From Protoeuglena noctilucae (Eukaryota), in assembly GCA_958009085.1 (NCBI GenBank), contig OY253668.1, positions 992,001-1,056,000 on the forward strand: 64,000 bases of DNA, read 5' to 3'. The translations under genes were made by a program, and so were the position numbers. Shown here one piece after another: positions 13,092-28,375 of the stretch. The notes beneath the pieces are model-generated. The model was not told the origin of the DNA. It did not search any database and saw only the letters and a program-made list of their open reading frames with translations. Positions within the stretch are counted from its first letter, which is position 1. Every line of letters begins with the position of its first letter.

Positions 13092-13658
13092 ACCGGCAAA
13101 CGACTTCTCGCAATTACTGACGGCACAGGCGGCTCGCTGCCATTCAAGTTCAATTGACCTGGAATCGCTCTCACATCAGGCCCCGTGCAGCACGTCTGGC
13201 ACTTACAAAGAAACGACTTCAACCGGCGCCAACGGGGCAGGCTTTCTGACGGAGAGCGGCGCCGCTCACCACTGGGGGGGGCAGCCAACGCAAGCCGCCC
13301 GGATTCTCATCGAATGGGGCTGCGCCAGTCATGCAGGGCATCACAGGCACGCCCGTTGCAGGCGTCGCTGCTGAAGGGAGTAGGCACTAAACAGCGGCGC
13401 TATCCAACGTGCCTCTCTGGGCCAGCGAGTCCCGGCGTGCAAGGCAGGGGGCGGCATCCCCGCTGTGGATGCTCCCCGCGCAACCACCGTGCCCTGTGTG
13501 CTGCAGCAAAGAACTGGAAACGGTCCAAACACAGCTCGCTCTGGTGAGACGTCTCGACGGTGACGGGCCCCGCGGGGCGCGCCCGCTGCTGCCGATCCCG
13601 GCTGGGCCGGCAGCGCATGGCGCGGCGCACGGGCACGCCACACCCGCGCTGCTACCCC

Positions 13659-16600
13659 TCAGTCGTCGACCGCGGGCGTCAGCAGCTCGTCCCAGAAGCG
13701 GTCGTCCTGGGACGCCGACAGCAGAGCCTTGAAGTCCACCCCTGCCAGGTCCCCGCCGTCCGCCGCTAACCCCGCGCCCCACGCACCCGCACCAAAGTCA
13801 GGCCCGTCCGGCCCATTCGCCGACGGATCCACCCCGGGAACCCCCGCCGGCATCGCGGCTGGTGCGCCCGGGAGGCGCGCCCCGAAGGCGGCAGCCGGGG
13901 CGGGGACGTCGAGCGGGGGCGGGAAGGCGACGTCCATGCCGTGGATATGGACCTGGCCAGGCACGCGCAGCGGGCCGGGAGAGGCAGCGCCGGCAGCCGG
14001 GGGCGCCACGGGGGAGGGGCTGCGGAGGAGGTCCTGCGGAGCAGGAGACAACAACATGGGGCTTACAACACGCCTAGGAGCGCAGGGCTGGCAATGCAGG
14101 TGTGTTTCAGGGTCTGGACCGACATCATGATGGTCAGAAATGTCGATGATGGGAGGTTATGGCTGACCCGCGCGTCCCCTTCCTGGGAAGTAAGTTAGCG
14201 CCGTCAACCCTGGGGTCTGAGTGCCACACAACCACTTATCCATCCCGCTTGCACTCACTGCAGCGCGAGGGGCGCCGTGCGGCGCGCGCGCGGAGGGGCT
14301 GTGCCCCGGGGGCGGGCCGGGGCCAGAGGAGGGCGCCTGGGGCGCTGGCGGCTGGCCGTGAGGCGCGGCACAGCGCACCGGCTGTGGGCCCCCAGGCGAG
14401 GGCATCTGAGCGTGGCAACGCCGGACGGCGCAAGTGAGGGCACCGCGCCCGCATGCACTTCACGCGCATCGCAGGATTCCCCGTGCGTGTCACCGACGCC
14501 TTCCCATGGCAAAGGGTGCGTGAGGTCAGTCAAGGGCCAACCGCGCCCCGTCCACAGACACCCCGACACCGGTATTACAGTACCATACCTCGGTCGAAAT
14601 TGCGGGATAGAAAGAGAGGCTCTGAGGTACGGGCCGACTCCCCCCGCGACAGCTCACCTTGCCGGTGGCGGACACGACGGCCGAGGGGCGCAGTGCCACA
14701 GCGGGCATGGCCTCGTCCTCCAGGTCTTCGAGCGTCACGTTCCCGAAGTCCGCGAGAGAGACGTTGTCCATCTGTGCTGCCATGCTGCGGGGCAGCGATG
14801 GCCGCGGGCAATGGAGTCGCACAGTGCAGGGGCAGCGCAGGTTTGTGCAAGTGCGCTCATTCGCCAGCCAGCAGTGGACCGTGGAGCGACTGATGTGGAC
14901 GGGGTGGTGCCAGCGCAGGCAACGGGTACCCTGTCCCTGCCCTCACCTGGCCACTGCCAAGTTGGCCTCATGTGCAGCTGCCTGTGCCTGCGCAGCGCTG
15001 GCCTTCGCCTCCCCCTCCATCTGCTGGAGGAAGGTAACGAGGAAGTCCCGGCCCAGTCCCCCGGGCTGCTGGTACACGGACAGTTGCTGCGGGCACGGGG
15101 CGGACAGGGACAGGTCGACTGCACCCTTCACGGTTGCCCAACGAAGGGTATGCAGCGAGAGCACCAACTGCGCTCATTGATTCCCAATACTCTTCCTGCA
15201 ATCGACAGGCTGCCGGCGCGTCTCACGTTGGCGGCTTGGTCGTCGCCGGCAGGTGCACTGGGCTCCAGTCCCTGGGCCTGAGGCTCCGTGTCCCCGACGG
15301 CTCGTCGCTTGCGCTGCCCCGAGTGCTCCAGGCTCCGGTGCAGGTGGCCCGAGCTGACCATCTGCAAGGGCGACAGATGTGCTGGGTGGCAACACGCTGG
15401 CGGGGCTACGAGAGATGCACAACAAGGCGCAGGTAAGCGGGGGCGCGATGCGTCCCCGCGTGGACTCGCACCTGTGGAATCAGCTGTGGGTTCTTGAGGG
15501 CTTGTGCCAGGAAGGAGATGAGCTGCGCCTGGCGGTTGTCCGACTGCGCAGGCGGGGAAAGCATGAGTCATCCCGTCATCCTGTCAGTCTCAAGCCGGGC
15601 GATGACAACATGAGGTCACGAATAACCATCTGCTCTCCGTCTATGCCGTCGCAGTTCTTCGACGTCGTGCACCCCATCGCATGGTATCGCATCCCACTCC
15701 ACTGCCACGCACCCATCCTCACCTGCGCCATCCGCTCGTGCATCATGGCCACCTGCTGCTGCTGCGCGAACATGGTCTGCCGGAGCCGCATGACCTCTGA
15801 CACGAGCGTGACCTTGTCACGCTTCAAAGACTCGATGTCGTCGCGCACCCCGCCATACTGACCCAGCTCAATCGCTGCGGGAAAAGCAGAAGGTGCCTTG
15901 GAACGGGCCGGGGACGGTTCGAGGAACGCGGGAAAGCAGCGCAGCGGTCCGCTGAGACGGGCCAACGAACGACAGAGAGCCGCCCTCACCGTACAGGCCC
16001 TGCTCGTTGGCTGGGGCGCGCTTGTCGCTGCTGCTGGGCTTCCGGCGATGTATCTGAACCAGAAGGTCCTCCCGGCCCCGCATGAAGTACTCGTTCGCGA
16101 ACTCCCAGCGGTCGGGGTCGACCTTTCGGAAGCCGTACGTGTTGAGCTGGCGGACGAAGGAGGAGAAGTTGTTGTGCTTGAAATGCAGCGGGAGGAGGTC
16201 CCGCGCAAACTCGGGAGGCTTCCAGACGATGAACGTCCGGCCGTTCGGGCCCCACGACACGATGTCATCGCTCGTCGGGTCGTTCACGAGCTCGTACGTC
16301 TGCGGGAGCTCGGCGCACGCACGGGTCACTCGGCGGCGCTTCCGCTGGCCGCGAACGGCACAGATAGCGGGTCTGCGCACACACGCGCGCGCGCCGCGGC
16401 GAAGACGCGCGGCCTCGAGGCGACGGCAGCACTCAGCAGCGCACGTCTGGGCAGGTCGCGCGGGGCCCCGGGAGCGCAGGGAACGGCCGTTTCTGAAGCG
16501 CGATGCGCAGTCGACAACGCAGGCGATCGCGCGCGAGCAACACCGCCCCCCTGCGCGCGCGGCAACCGCCGCACCTTGGTGAGGAAGGGGGGAGGCGAGG

Positions 16601-16673
16601 ACGCGGTGGAGGCTGCCGCGCTAGGTGCGGCATCTCCCCGCGCCCTGGACGAGGAGCCCGCCCTCCTTCTCAT
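13659..16673 (-). CDS. HSF: Heat shock transcription factor, class A-like
   Basis: DNA-binding domain [15 protein letters not shown]...[37 protein letters not shown] heptads ([20 protein letters not shown]) and C-terminal AHA-like DDRFWDELL. Confidence 0.93.
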
Positions 16674-17438
16674 AACCCCCTCCTGCCCCCGCTCCCCGGC
16701 TCAGATGGACGACGCGGCCAGAACGAGGCGCCTGATGGGCAGCCTTGTGGGGGCCTGCGCGCGGACGTCTCCGCAGGGGTGAGGGGTGCGCGCGAAGCCC
16801 CCTAGCCAGTAATGAACAAAAGCAAGCGCTTTCCGCGTAGAAATGCGATCGAAGAGCTGCGGCCGAGGCACAACGACGCCGGAGAGGGTCGTCCCGGCCA
16901 CGAAATCGTCCCCCGCTTCGCGCTAGAACTGACATGTCTTTGACAAACAGACACGCGGCGCGGGATTCGGAGGCGCGCGAAAACTCTTGCAGGAACGGGA
17001 GGGCAACCCACCTGCGCGCGCGAGGGCTTCTGCGGGCGCGTCGATCCGCCCGGTGTCGGGAATCGCAAGGTGCGGGCATTTGACGGGCGACGTTCGGGGA
17101 TTGCGGCCTTGGGAAGGGCTACCCAGTTGTCAGAACTTCCAGAAACCACCACACCCGCTGAGGCCGTGCCCAGACCCGACAGCGGGCGGCGCTACCGACG
17201 CAGGGCGGCAGCCGGTGGGCCCACGCAGGAACCTACACCGATTTGTGTTCAAATGTTTGGAGGGCGTGAGCGGCGGCGCGGAGGAAACACATCACGCAGG
17301 GCAAGGGAGGACGCTACGCCGCACGGGACACCTCTAGCGCTAAGTCAACGGTCCCCTGCCTGGCAGGAAGGGGAGGGGAGCACTGGCCACAGGCCCCAGC
17401 TGCTGCACGGGGCACCACAGGAGATGTGGGGCGGTCGC

Positions 17439-18565
<1,127 letters not shown>

Positions 18566-18758
18566 CGTCCCTCTCTCCCCTCTGCTCCTGAACGGGTCCG
18601 GTTCTCGCAAGGCTTTCGCCGTGTAATGTCGCGGGGCGTCTCTTCGCGGGCAGCGGGCCGCGGGGTCGCTCAAAAGACCAAAACGTCAGTCGCCCCAGTG
18701 TCAGTGCTTTTCAAGGAATGCCAACCGCGGTCAGCGACGGTGGCCACAGACGCTCTAT

Positions 18759-19936
18759 TCAGCCAAGAACCGGGACGGCGTTGGGGAGGCGGCTCTCGCC
18801 TCCCACCACGGGCACGTGCTCTCCAGGGACAAACTCACGCCGCGCCCCGCGCTCGTCCACTGCAGGCAGGGGCAGGGTGTCCGGGGCGTCGGAGGGAGCA
18901 ACCGCCGAGGACAAACCATCGGCCGGCGAAGTGCTCAAAAGTCACACATTTCACCATCGCCTCCACACCACTGAGCATGTGGGCCCAGCCTCACCGATGA
19001 TCAGGCGGATGCAGCCGCCGCTAGACCCGTCCCGCGACATGGCGTGCGCGACGGCCTTCAGGACGAAGGCCCGGCACTCCTGCTCGGTCATCCCATCCCG
19101 CCAGTTGCAGTCGCACCACCCCGTGATGTACGCAGACCCAGAGCCCCCGATGTGGTACGGCTCGCGGAAGAGGGTCCCCCCGAGAGGAAGGGCCCACACG
19201 CTCCCACCCTCATGCTGCACGACGGAAACAGCGGACGCTGCTCGCCGGGCGCTCTGGCGGTGCCGTCAGCCAACCCTCTCGCTGCGCCATTGCCCGCAAC
19301 GCACCTTGTCCCAGCCGGCGACGATGAGACCGGCCTGCAGGCGGTCCTTGTAGGAGTAGACGACCTCGCGGACGATGTTGGCCGCTGTGCGCACGTCGCA
19401 GGGCTCCTGCGTCATCTGGCAATGCTGCTCGAGGGCGTGACTCACGGTCCACGAGACGTTTTGGGTGTCCGCCGCAGAGCCAGACCTGCGCGGGAGTCAG
19501 CGACGGCAACATGCGCTCGCCTGCCGAGCCTTCAGTGAGCCCAGGAGCACCCCATCTCCCAACTGCTGCCTCTCACCTGCAGATCCACACCTTGTCTGCG
19601 AGGGGTGTGATCTTGTCGGCGGCTCTGTTGGCCACGAAGTCGCCCGTGGAGGTCCGGGAGTCCGCACCCAGGATGACCCCCCCGCTGAACGTCGCAGCCA
19701 TGATGGTGGTCTGCGGGCAGGGCAGGGCGCACATCTCGACAACTAACCAATCCTCTGGCGTGACGGGCACAAGCTGAAAGCTGCCCCAATCGTCGCCGAA
19801 GCGCGTTTATGGCTGGCCAGAGAGACATATGTATTGCGCTCGTCCCTATGAGGTCGGGCAGGGCAAATGCAGCCGGGATCTCTCGCGACCTCACCCCCGT
19901 GGATACGGACTGCGACGTTGAGCAGCTTTCCGCCAT
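18759..19936 (-). CDS. PBA1: 20S proteasome subunit beta-1 (PSMB6/PRE3 type)
   Basis: Propeptide ...VSTG then [52 protein letters not shown]. Confidence 0.95.
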
Positions 19937-20411
19937 CACCCAATGCGACAGCGCGAGGGGGGGTCCCCGCGTGCGCTGCACAGTGCCTCGGGACCTCTAG
20001 CGCGAGCGCTGGCCCCAGCAGTCAGCCACCGTGGTTCCTGTTCAACAGGATCTGCTCGGCAGCGGAGGGACGCGTCCAGAACGGCAGGGAGAAGCGAGGC
20101 AGGGCCTTTTGAAGATAAACGCGAGAGCGGCGACAGACGGGCAGCCTTGAGTTGATTCTTTGACAGACAGGACCATGATCACAGCCGAAATCCTAAGAAT
20201 CAAGCGGCGTGGAGAATTCTGACACGTACACGCCAGTAGCCTTGGCCTCTTGAAACTATCCGCCCGCTGGAGCTTTCCGACATCGCTGCGCTACTCTCTG
20301 TGCGCACGCTGGGCTCCTTCAACCGCTGGTTTGGACGTGACCCTTCGATTCATTCGGCCCGGCCTGGAGTCGCACCCGCGACCGGCCTCGGATGCGCGCG
20401 GAGACGGTATC

Positions 20412-23400
20412 ATGGACAGGAACGCGGGCGTATCCGGGCTTGCGGCGCCCCGCGCCGCGCCCAGCCCGCTCGTGAAGGGCTTGGCCGCTGAGAAGGAGAA
20501 CACGCCGGTGAAGCCGCCGAACCCGGGCAGGAGGAGTTCTATCGGGGGCAAGACGCCGGGGAGGACGCCTACTTCGGTGGGGACCGCGCGTGGCTGCCCA
20601 GACAGAGGCGTTGTTACACAACGCCGAAGCGTTCGCGCGCTCCTCGTCCGCCGCCCGGCTGGCCTCCCTGGCACCGCAGTGCAATTCTCGGTTTTTCGTC
20701 CTGTCCTGCAGATTCTCCGGAAGCGCCCCGCGCTCGCTCCCCTGAGCGCGGAGGGGAAGAAGAAACGCAAGTCCCTCGGCCGCCGCGTGTCCTTCGCCCC
20801 CGACCCCGAGGCGAGGGCAAAAGCTTGCACTTTTGCTCGTCTACGACCTCTGCTTGCGCGCGAACTCACAGCGCACAAGGCCCAGGCCTACGCCCTCACG
20901 CGCAGTTGCACACGCTTCACATTTACGAAAAGGACCGCGGCGGCTCCCCGCTTCCCCGCGCCGTGGTTATCCAGGAGGAAGAGGAGCGGAGCTCTCGCGA
21001 AGTCAACCTGGATGCCGTGCCCGGGGATGCGAGCCCGATGGAGATCACTGGTGAGCTCCACAGTGGGCTGTCGGCCCAGCCCACGGCGCGTGCTGGCCCC
21101 ATGCCCATCGTCGACACCGCAACCGTCCCATTCGCAGGGCGGTCGGCCACCTCTCGCCGGCGGAGCTTCATGCTGACGAGCCCACCCCGCCCTGCCGACC
21201 ACGACGCAGCCACGTCGTCCCCGCCCAACGCAACGGTGACTGGCGTGCTGCGTGCCGCGTTGCCTCGCCGCCCGGCCTCTGCTCCTCGCCGGCACCAAAC
21301 GGAGCACGCCCAGTCGCGACCAACCGCCGCATGCTGCGCCCGAGCCAGCATGAGGTCGTTTACCACGCACCTTTCCTGGCGTGTCTGCAGGAAAGCAACC
21401 ACGTGGCCCTTCCCCGCGCCAATCTCGCAGCGCTGATGGCCTCGCCGGCTGGCTCGGACATGCAGCTGTCCAGCGATGGCAGCGCCGAGGCGGAGACGGG
21501 CGCGCTGACGTCTCCCAGCACACACCTTCGTGCCCCAGGTTCGCGGCACTTCGGTGTGTCGGATGTGACGGCGGCTGTGCCCACCCTGGGGGCGCTGTTG
21601 GAGGAGGACGCAGGGGAAGACGGGCACGACGAGCGCGGCATGGGCCACGCATGGGACGTGACCAAGGCAGTGCCTTCACTCGACGCGCTGCTGGAGGAGG
21701 ACGTGGGGGACAGCGGGCGGGATGAGGGCGTAGGCCGCACGTGGGAGGTTACGGCGGCGGTGCCCTCCCTCGAGGCGTTGCTGGAGGACGACGTCAAGGG
21801 CGGGGGAGACGAGGAGGCAAAGGGCTTGGCCGAGAGCCCTGGCGACGCCGCGCACGAGCACCCCGGGTGGGAGGTGACGGCGGCGGTGCCGTCTCTGGGG
21901 GCGCTGCTGGAGGAGGACGTTGGCGAGGAGGGGCCGGAGCGTGACGCCAGGGAGGACGCGATGGATGCGTACGCGGGCGACAGCAAGCACAGCCACGCGT
22001 CGCCCGTCGCGGCGGCAGCGCTGCCCGCCGGCCCTGCGTGCGACGTGAGCGCGAGCGAGGACATCGCCGATGACGCCGTCCCCGCCACCCAGCCGGAGGG
22101 CGCGGCGGACGAGGCAGGCGTGGCAGGGCGCGAGGCCGACACAGCCATTGCTACGCCGGCGCCGGAGGCTGCGGCAGAGCACCCTACTCCGGCGGACAGC
22201 CCTGGTGCGCCCCTTCCCACGCCCCTCACCGCCCGTGCACCACTCGAGCCAACGCCCTCCCCTGTGTCCCTCGATGCCGGCATGGGCGCCGGCCAGGAGC
22301 AGCCAGACACCCCGATCAGGTGCGTGGAGTAGCTGTCAAGTGCTCTCGAGTGACCCCACCCCCGTGATATTCGCGCTGCCGACACACAGAGTCGGCCCCA
22401 CCACCCAGGGTACCCACAATCCTCACCACACCCACTCGGCTGCCCTTCGTGCCCGCAGCTGGTTCAATGCCGCCGTGGCGCCCTCCCTGGATGGCCTCGA
22501 CACCCAGAGTCCTTTCGCTGCCTCGGACTCTGCCATCGCTCCCTTCCACGCCACGCCCTCGGAGGTCCAGGGCCCGCGCCAGGCCACGATGTCCCCGGAT
22601 GCCGCAGTGGACCAGGCGCTGAGCCCGGCGCCCGTCCAGGCAGACCAGGACGTGAGGGACGGCGCCGGCACGTGCATGATCCCAGAGGCTTCAGCGGGGA
22701 TCAACGTCCCAGAGGCCGTCGCTGGCGTTGCGGACAACCAGCGCAAGGATGTTGAGGACGAGGCTCGTGTCTCGTCGCCCTGCCCCACGCCCGGCGACGC
22801 GGGGGCCCAGGCAAAGCAGACGCCCCTGCCCCCGGCTGCGTGCCCATCGCCCGGGGACGTGGAGATGGAGGTCGCAAGCGAGTGCGTCGGTGGAGCAAGC
22901 GGCGTGGTTATCGCTGATGGCGTGGCTGACGAGGGCCTGCCGTCGCCGGCGGAGGTAGCAGACCACTCGTCTTCGTTTGCCTTCGATGCGATCCCGACCG
23001 CGCACGCGCCCTCGCCCGCTGACAAGGCGACGGAGGCCGCTGCCGAGACCCCCCTCGGCTCCACGCTGCTCTCGCCCCACCCCGCGGCGGGGGCGAGTCC
23101 CACGTCCGCTCCGGCACCCTCGGCCAGCTCACCGACGTCGTCCCACGGGGGTCCGGGCCCCTCGCATGCGGCCCCGGCCAGCCTGTCGCTGACGCCGGCG
23201 TCCGGCCTGGACCTCACCGGCGACGACTCAAGTGACCTCGTGCGCAAGTGGGGGTTCGTGCCCGGTGCAGATGACACGCTCGCCCTCAACCTCAGGTGAG
23301 CAGCGCTTGGCTGCTGTGCGACCTTGCTTGCCATAGGTGCAGCGACTCTCGTGCTTAACCAAAGCCGTCATGGCCTTTCTTTGCCAACCCATCACTCCTC

Positions 23401-26400
23401 CCCGCACCAAGGGGGCCCTCCCGTGCCCTTTCGTAAGCCCATGATGCCTGGCACCTGGCCCCACTCGCCGGTCACCGTTTCCTGCCCCGCTCCTTCGCAG
23501 GGGCGAGGCCAAGGCCACCCTGGGGGACGCCACGTACCACCAGGTGTTTGGCGACGCGACGTCCGCCAGTGCCTTCCGCACCAGCACCAGCACTGGCTTG
23601 CCGAGGGAGGGCCAGGCGTCGCCCAGGGCAGAGACCGAGGAGGAGCAGGATGGGATGGATCCCCTCGTGTCCAGCTCGCCCATGGTGGCCGAGGCGGGCG
23701 ACCCGGACCGCGATGAGATGGCAGACGGGCGCGGGGATGTGGCAGCTGGTCCTTTGGGAGCAGAGAGCGGCGGCCACGACGACGACGACGACAACCTGGG
23801 TCTGGGAGCGGACCTGGTGCCCGAGGTGCGTGGCTGGGGGCCTGGCGGGAGGGCGGGGCTGGGCAGGGACACTGCATGCTCGACCATGGTTGTCCGGACC
23901 ACAGGGATGCTCATCGGCATCGACAGCTGCGTGCCAAGCGTGCATTGGCGTATGCTCTACTCTCCGTGCGCAAGCCTTGTCCGTCCACGCCACCCGCAGG
24001 CCGAAGAGGGCGACGAGGTGATGGCGGATGACGACACGTTTGCGGCCCCTCGGCCCAGGGACCACCGGCGGCTAACCATGTCGCTGCTGGCGGACGACGA
24101 CGACGGGGATCAGCTGCTGCGGGAGACCCCGGAGCGCAGGGACGATGGGGAACACGAAAAGGGACCCGGGGGGGCTGCAGAGGCGGTGCTGGGGGCGGTG
24201 ACGGGGGACGCCTCAGCGCTCCCCTCGCCCTCCCCGCGCGAGGCGTGGATGCCCGCCCACGCGGCCACCGCCACGCAGGCGCTGACGCTCTCCTCCGCCC
24301 CGGCCGCGGGCGCCACGGAGGCCCTCCTGGCCGACACCCGCACCGCCGACGCGCGACCTGACGCCGACGCCGATGCGGGCGCGGAGACGGGCCCATCTGG
24401 CGCCACGACGGCCGCTCCCGATGCCGACTCTTCCCCGGCACTCGCGCCGTTCCCGTCGCCCTCCCCGGCCCTCGCCCATCCCTCGGCCGCCACCCCCCGC
24501 CCCGCCCCCCAGGACGTCGCCCTCTACCCCGCGGAGGCACCCCCCGCAGCCACGCCGCAGCTCCGGGGACGCCAGGCACCCGCGCAGGCGCCCACGCCCG
24601 GCCTGTCTGCCCGCGCTGTCCCGGCGCCGGAGGCCACCCCGTCTCAGCAGGCCCCGCGCCACCCTGCGTCCACAGCCCAACCGCAGCCGCCCTCGTCCGC
24701 CCGGCCCCCCTCGGGCCCCGCCCCCGCCGAGCGCCGCCTCAGCGGGGCACTGGGATCCGCCCGCGGCCCCGCAGCGCCCGCCCCGCCCACCACCGCCCGC
24801 GGCGTCCCACTCCTCAGCCCCGTCATCGTGAGCGAGCGGCCCAAGGCTGGGCCCCCCGCCGCGACCCCGGTCCCCGCCGTGTGCCAGCTCACCGTCGCGG
24901 ACTTCCTCAAGGCAGCCGAGGTGCAGGTGACACTTCATCCACAGTGGGTAGGACAGGCACTCACGCGCGCACCTCGCCCGCTCACGCATAGCCTCATAAC
25001 GGCACCGTGGGTCATCACCACTCCCCTCACCCTTCTCCTGTCCCAATCCACACTTTTCTTAACCCCACCCAGCCCCCCATTCCACACCTTCTGTAACGCC
25101 ACCCACTGTCCCCCACGTCTCAGTTCTTGGACCACGTCCGCCGTGGCGCCAGCATCGGCCTGGGCGACCTGGCCGAGGACCCGCTCCCCTCCACACTCCC
25201 CGCGTGCTATGCCCTGCTGCACCTATCCCGCCCGGATGCCGAGGCGCTAGCCAGCGCGGTGCGGACGCTGCAAGAGGAGGCAGCAGCGTCGCGGGTGCGC
25301 GTGGGGCAGGCCGAGGCACAGCTGGCGGCGGAGAACCCCAGGCTGTTCGAGGAAGTGCAGCGCGCGAGGGGCGCGGAGCTCGACCGCATCAGGTGAGCGG
25401 CGCTGAGGATAAGGAGGGTGGCGGGGACTCGTCACCTATCCCGTGGGCGTAAGTTCACGAGTGGCGGAAACAAGGGGGTCGCTGACTGCTGATGACTCGC
25501 TCACTGACTTATCCACTCGCGATCGTCCACTCTCCTGAGTCACCGCGTGGTGACTGTTCCTGTCCCTCGTCTTGCTCCCCAGGGCGTCGGTGGCCAGTTT
25601 GAAGAAGGTGTGCCGGGCGCAGACGATGCTGGCGTGGAAGGAGTGGCGGCAGCGCATGGAGGAGGCCACACGGCAGGGGCTGCTTAAGAGCGCAGAGCAC
25701 CTCCGGTCCGACCTGGCCCTGCTGGACCGGGCCCTGGCGTCCGTCTCCAAAGTCGCAGTGCAGGTGAGGGCGGGGATGAGGAGCGGGACATGAGGGGTGC
25801 GAGATACAGACACGACTGTGGTTATTAACACTGCATGTCTGTAAATGACCCCTCCTGGCAGCCGCCTTGGTGGTCGCTTGCTGGCTGCCACTGCGGCCCT
25901 GGTCGGCAGGCTGCGGTGCATGGTTTATAGCTACTGACGTGCCCCCATCCACCTCTCAAGGTCACTCTCTCCGCGCCGTGCTCTCAGGTGCGCGACGCCG
26001 CGGCCGCTGCCCGGCAGCAGATGGAGGCAGAAGCCACGCAGCGCATCGCGGAGGCTGACCGGGCACGGCGAGCCGCGGCACTGCAGGAGGCGAGTGGGGG
26101 AAGCCCGGCTGTCGTCTGTTGCGCTCAAGGCCCTCGTAACGTCCCTCGTCACCACATGGCTGCTCCCGTGTGCTCTCGGAACCCCGCAGTCGTGCTTTCT
26201 GGACAATGCAAGCGTGGGGAGCCACGGCGGCTGTTGACGGAGCCCTTCGCGTCGACTCACCGCAGAAGCTGTCGGCCCAGGAGTCGCACAACGCCGAGCG
26301 GGCGGCCGTGCTCGAGTCGGAGCGGGCGCGGGTGCGTGCGCTCGAGGTGCAGATGGAGGAGGCAGCCCGGCGTAGGCGGAGGGCGGCAGCTGAGCTGGAG

Positions 26401-27758
26401 CAGGGGGCGGGGAGCGCCACGTCCCACGAGGATGCGGGAGGTGAGAGGGTGTTGGTTAAGATCGGTGGTGCCGTTTGACGCGATGCCTGCTGAGGCTTGG
26501 TGGTGACTTGGAGGTGCGCATGTCATGGTGCTGGGCGCGCGGTCATCGGTCGCGCCCCGCACATGGCACAGGCACCGTCCGACTGGTTTGCATCGATCTG
26601 ATGACCGTCCACTCCGCTTCCCTGCTCACGCTGCCGCTCTGTCCTCCCTTCACATCGCCGCTCCTCTCCCCACGCAGCCCGGGCCGGCGAGGAGGGCTCG
26701 GCAGTCAGGGCCCGGTTCCAAGAGCTGTCGCTGCTGGAGGGAGCGCTGGGGATGACCCTGGAGACGCTGAGCCACGGTGAGCAGGGGCGGGTGTCAGTGG
26801 ACATGGGGCCCCTAGTGCTCACCTACTGTCTGTGGCATGGGGCGCTGACGAGGACACGCGGGCGCCAGCCGCCTCGCACTGTCACCCGAGTCGCGGTCTA
26901 AGATGACACGAGGGATTTGGGTCGCTGCCGCTGCCGAGGGACTCGAGGGTGACGTACGTGACATGACCCCCCGGTCCGTGCCTCGCCCGCAGAGGCAGAG
27001 GGGGCGTGGCGCGCGACGGTCCACCTGGGGCCCCAGGGCCTCTTCCGCCTCACGCTGACGGGGCGCGGGGACGGCGCCGCACCCCACGCGTGCGCAGGGA
27101 GCGTCGACCTCGCCCCGGCCGCCTCCGCACCGGGGTCCGCGCTGCCCCGCGAGTGGCTGGCCCTGGCGGCGCGCCTCGTCGCGGGACCCGACGTGGCCCC
27201 CCTGGGCGGCAACCTCCTCCGCTGGACGGCCGCCGGCCAGCCCTGGGCTTTAACGGAGGCCCTGCAGCGCCTTCGCCCGCGCCTGGCGTCTGCCGCGCGG
27301 CTCCTCGCCAACCTCCAGGGCCTGCGCCGACGCTGGGCGCTCCTGGCCGGCGTGGACTGCCGGCCCGAGTCGGGCACCGTGTCCCTCACCTTCCTCCACC
27401 ACCCCAGCCAAACGAAGGTCGCCGTTGAAGTGGACGCGACACACGCGGCCCGGGAGGGACAGGGGCCCTGCGACTGTCGGGTCGAGGTGTCGTACTCCGC
27501 CCGGCCACCCCAGGTGAGAGCGGACGCACGAAGCGACGTCAGTGGCCGTGGCCCAGCGCTGCGACGTTCGTGCTGTGGCCCCACTCTGCCGGACCCGTGC
27601 AGGGCGCCACACGTGCGCTTGCATGCCGGCGCTCAGCCCTCGCACGCGTCCCCACGCAGGACGTCCGGGCCGTGCTCGCGGAGGCGCTCGCCAAGTGCCA
27701 CGACGCGTCCCTGGGCGCGGTGTGTGAGGCCGTGACCGGTGCCCTTCCGTCCCTCTGA
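20412..27758 (+). CDS. KNL1: Outer kinetochore scaffold KNL1/Spc105/Spc7; many exons
   Basis: SILR (split by an intron) and RRVSF PP1-docking motifs, MELT-like MEIT/MEVA/LDLT, long disordered region, LTVADFLKAAEVQFLD block, coiled coil and C-terminal RWD-like region. Confidence 0.85.
21562..21918 (+). repeat. Four coding repeats (W)[DE]VT[AK]AVP[ST]LxALLE[ED]D inside KNL1
   Basis: Four near-identical ~50-bp units visible in DNA and protein near 21562, 21652, 21742 and 21868. Confidence 0.9.
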
Positions 27759-28375
27759 GGCGGAGGCAGAGCGGCAGCGCTGCGGTGTCCGCCGATCCTA
27801 GATGCACCGCGTGGCAGCATCAGATCCACGCGTGCGTGCCTCAGCTCTAGGCCATTGAATGGCGATGTGCGTGCGGGTGTTGTCGAGATGCACAGCACAA
27901 AGGCCGCGGCCACCCTTCCGCTGCGCAAGCGTGCACGATCGCCGTCCCGCGAGTCGCTCTGCGGCGCACTTCGGCCTCCCTTTGCTTTCCGCTCCGCTCC
28001 CTGCGCCAGCCTCTGGCACGTTGCGCAAGTGCACTGGCGGGCCTCCCTGCCCGCGCCTTCCGCGGGGCTCGGGCTCGGCGCAGCGCATTTTGTCAGAACT
28101 ACTGCGTACGAGGCTGAGCCAAGAGTACAGCCACGAGTGCGCGAGCGGGACCGCAGGGCCAACACAGCACGTAGCCCAAGGCCCTCCCCGGCGTCCGCGC
28201 CGAGTCATTTCGGGGCCGACGGGGCCGGCCGCAGGACGCGTGAGTGGCCACGCAGCTGCGCGGCTGGACAGCACAGGCGTCGAGGCCGCGGATGACGCGT
28301 GCGCGCCTGGTGGATGGACGCGTGCCTGGGCAGCCGCGACGGCGCGCGGGGTCCGTGTCCGCAGGCTTTGGTGCC

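Noticed and set aside
17131..17146. Heat shock element upstream of HSF (autoregulation)
   Set aside because: Only two correctly phased nGAAn units; compatible with chance.
25485..25545. Second box C/D snoRNA in a KNL1 intron (CTGATGA...CTGA)
   Set aside because: Too short, no recognisable guide and no convincing terminal stem.
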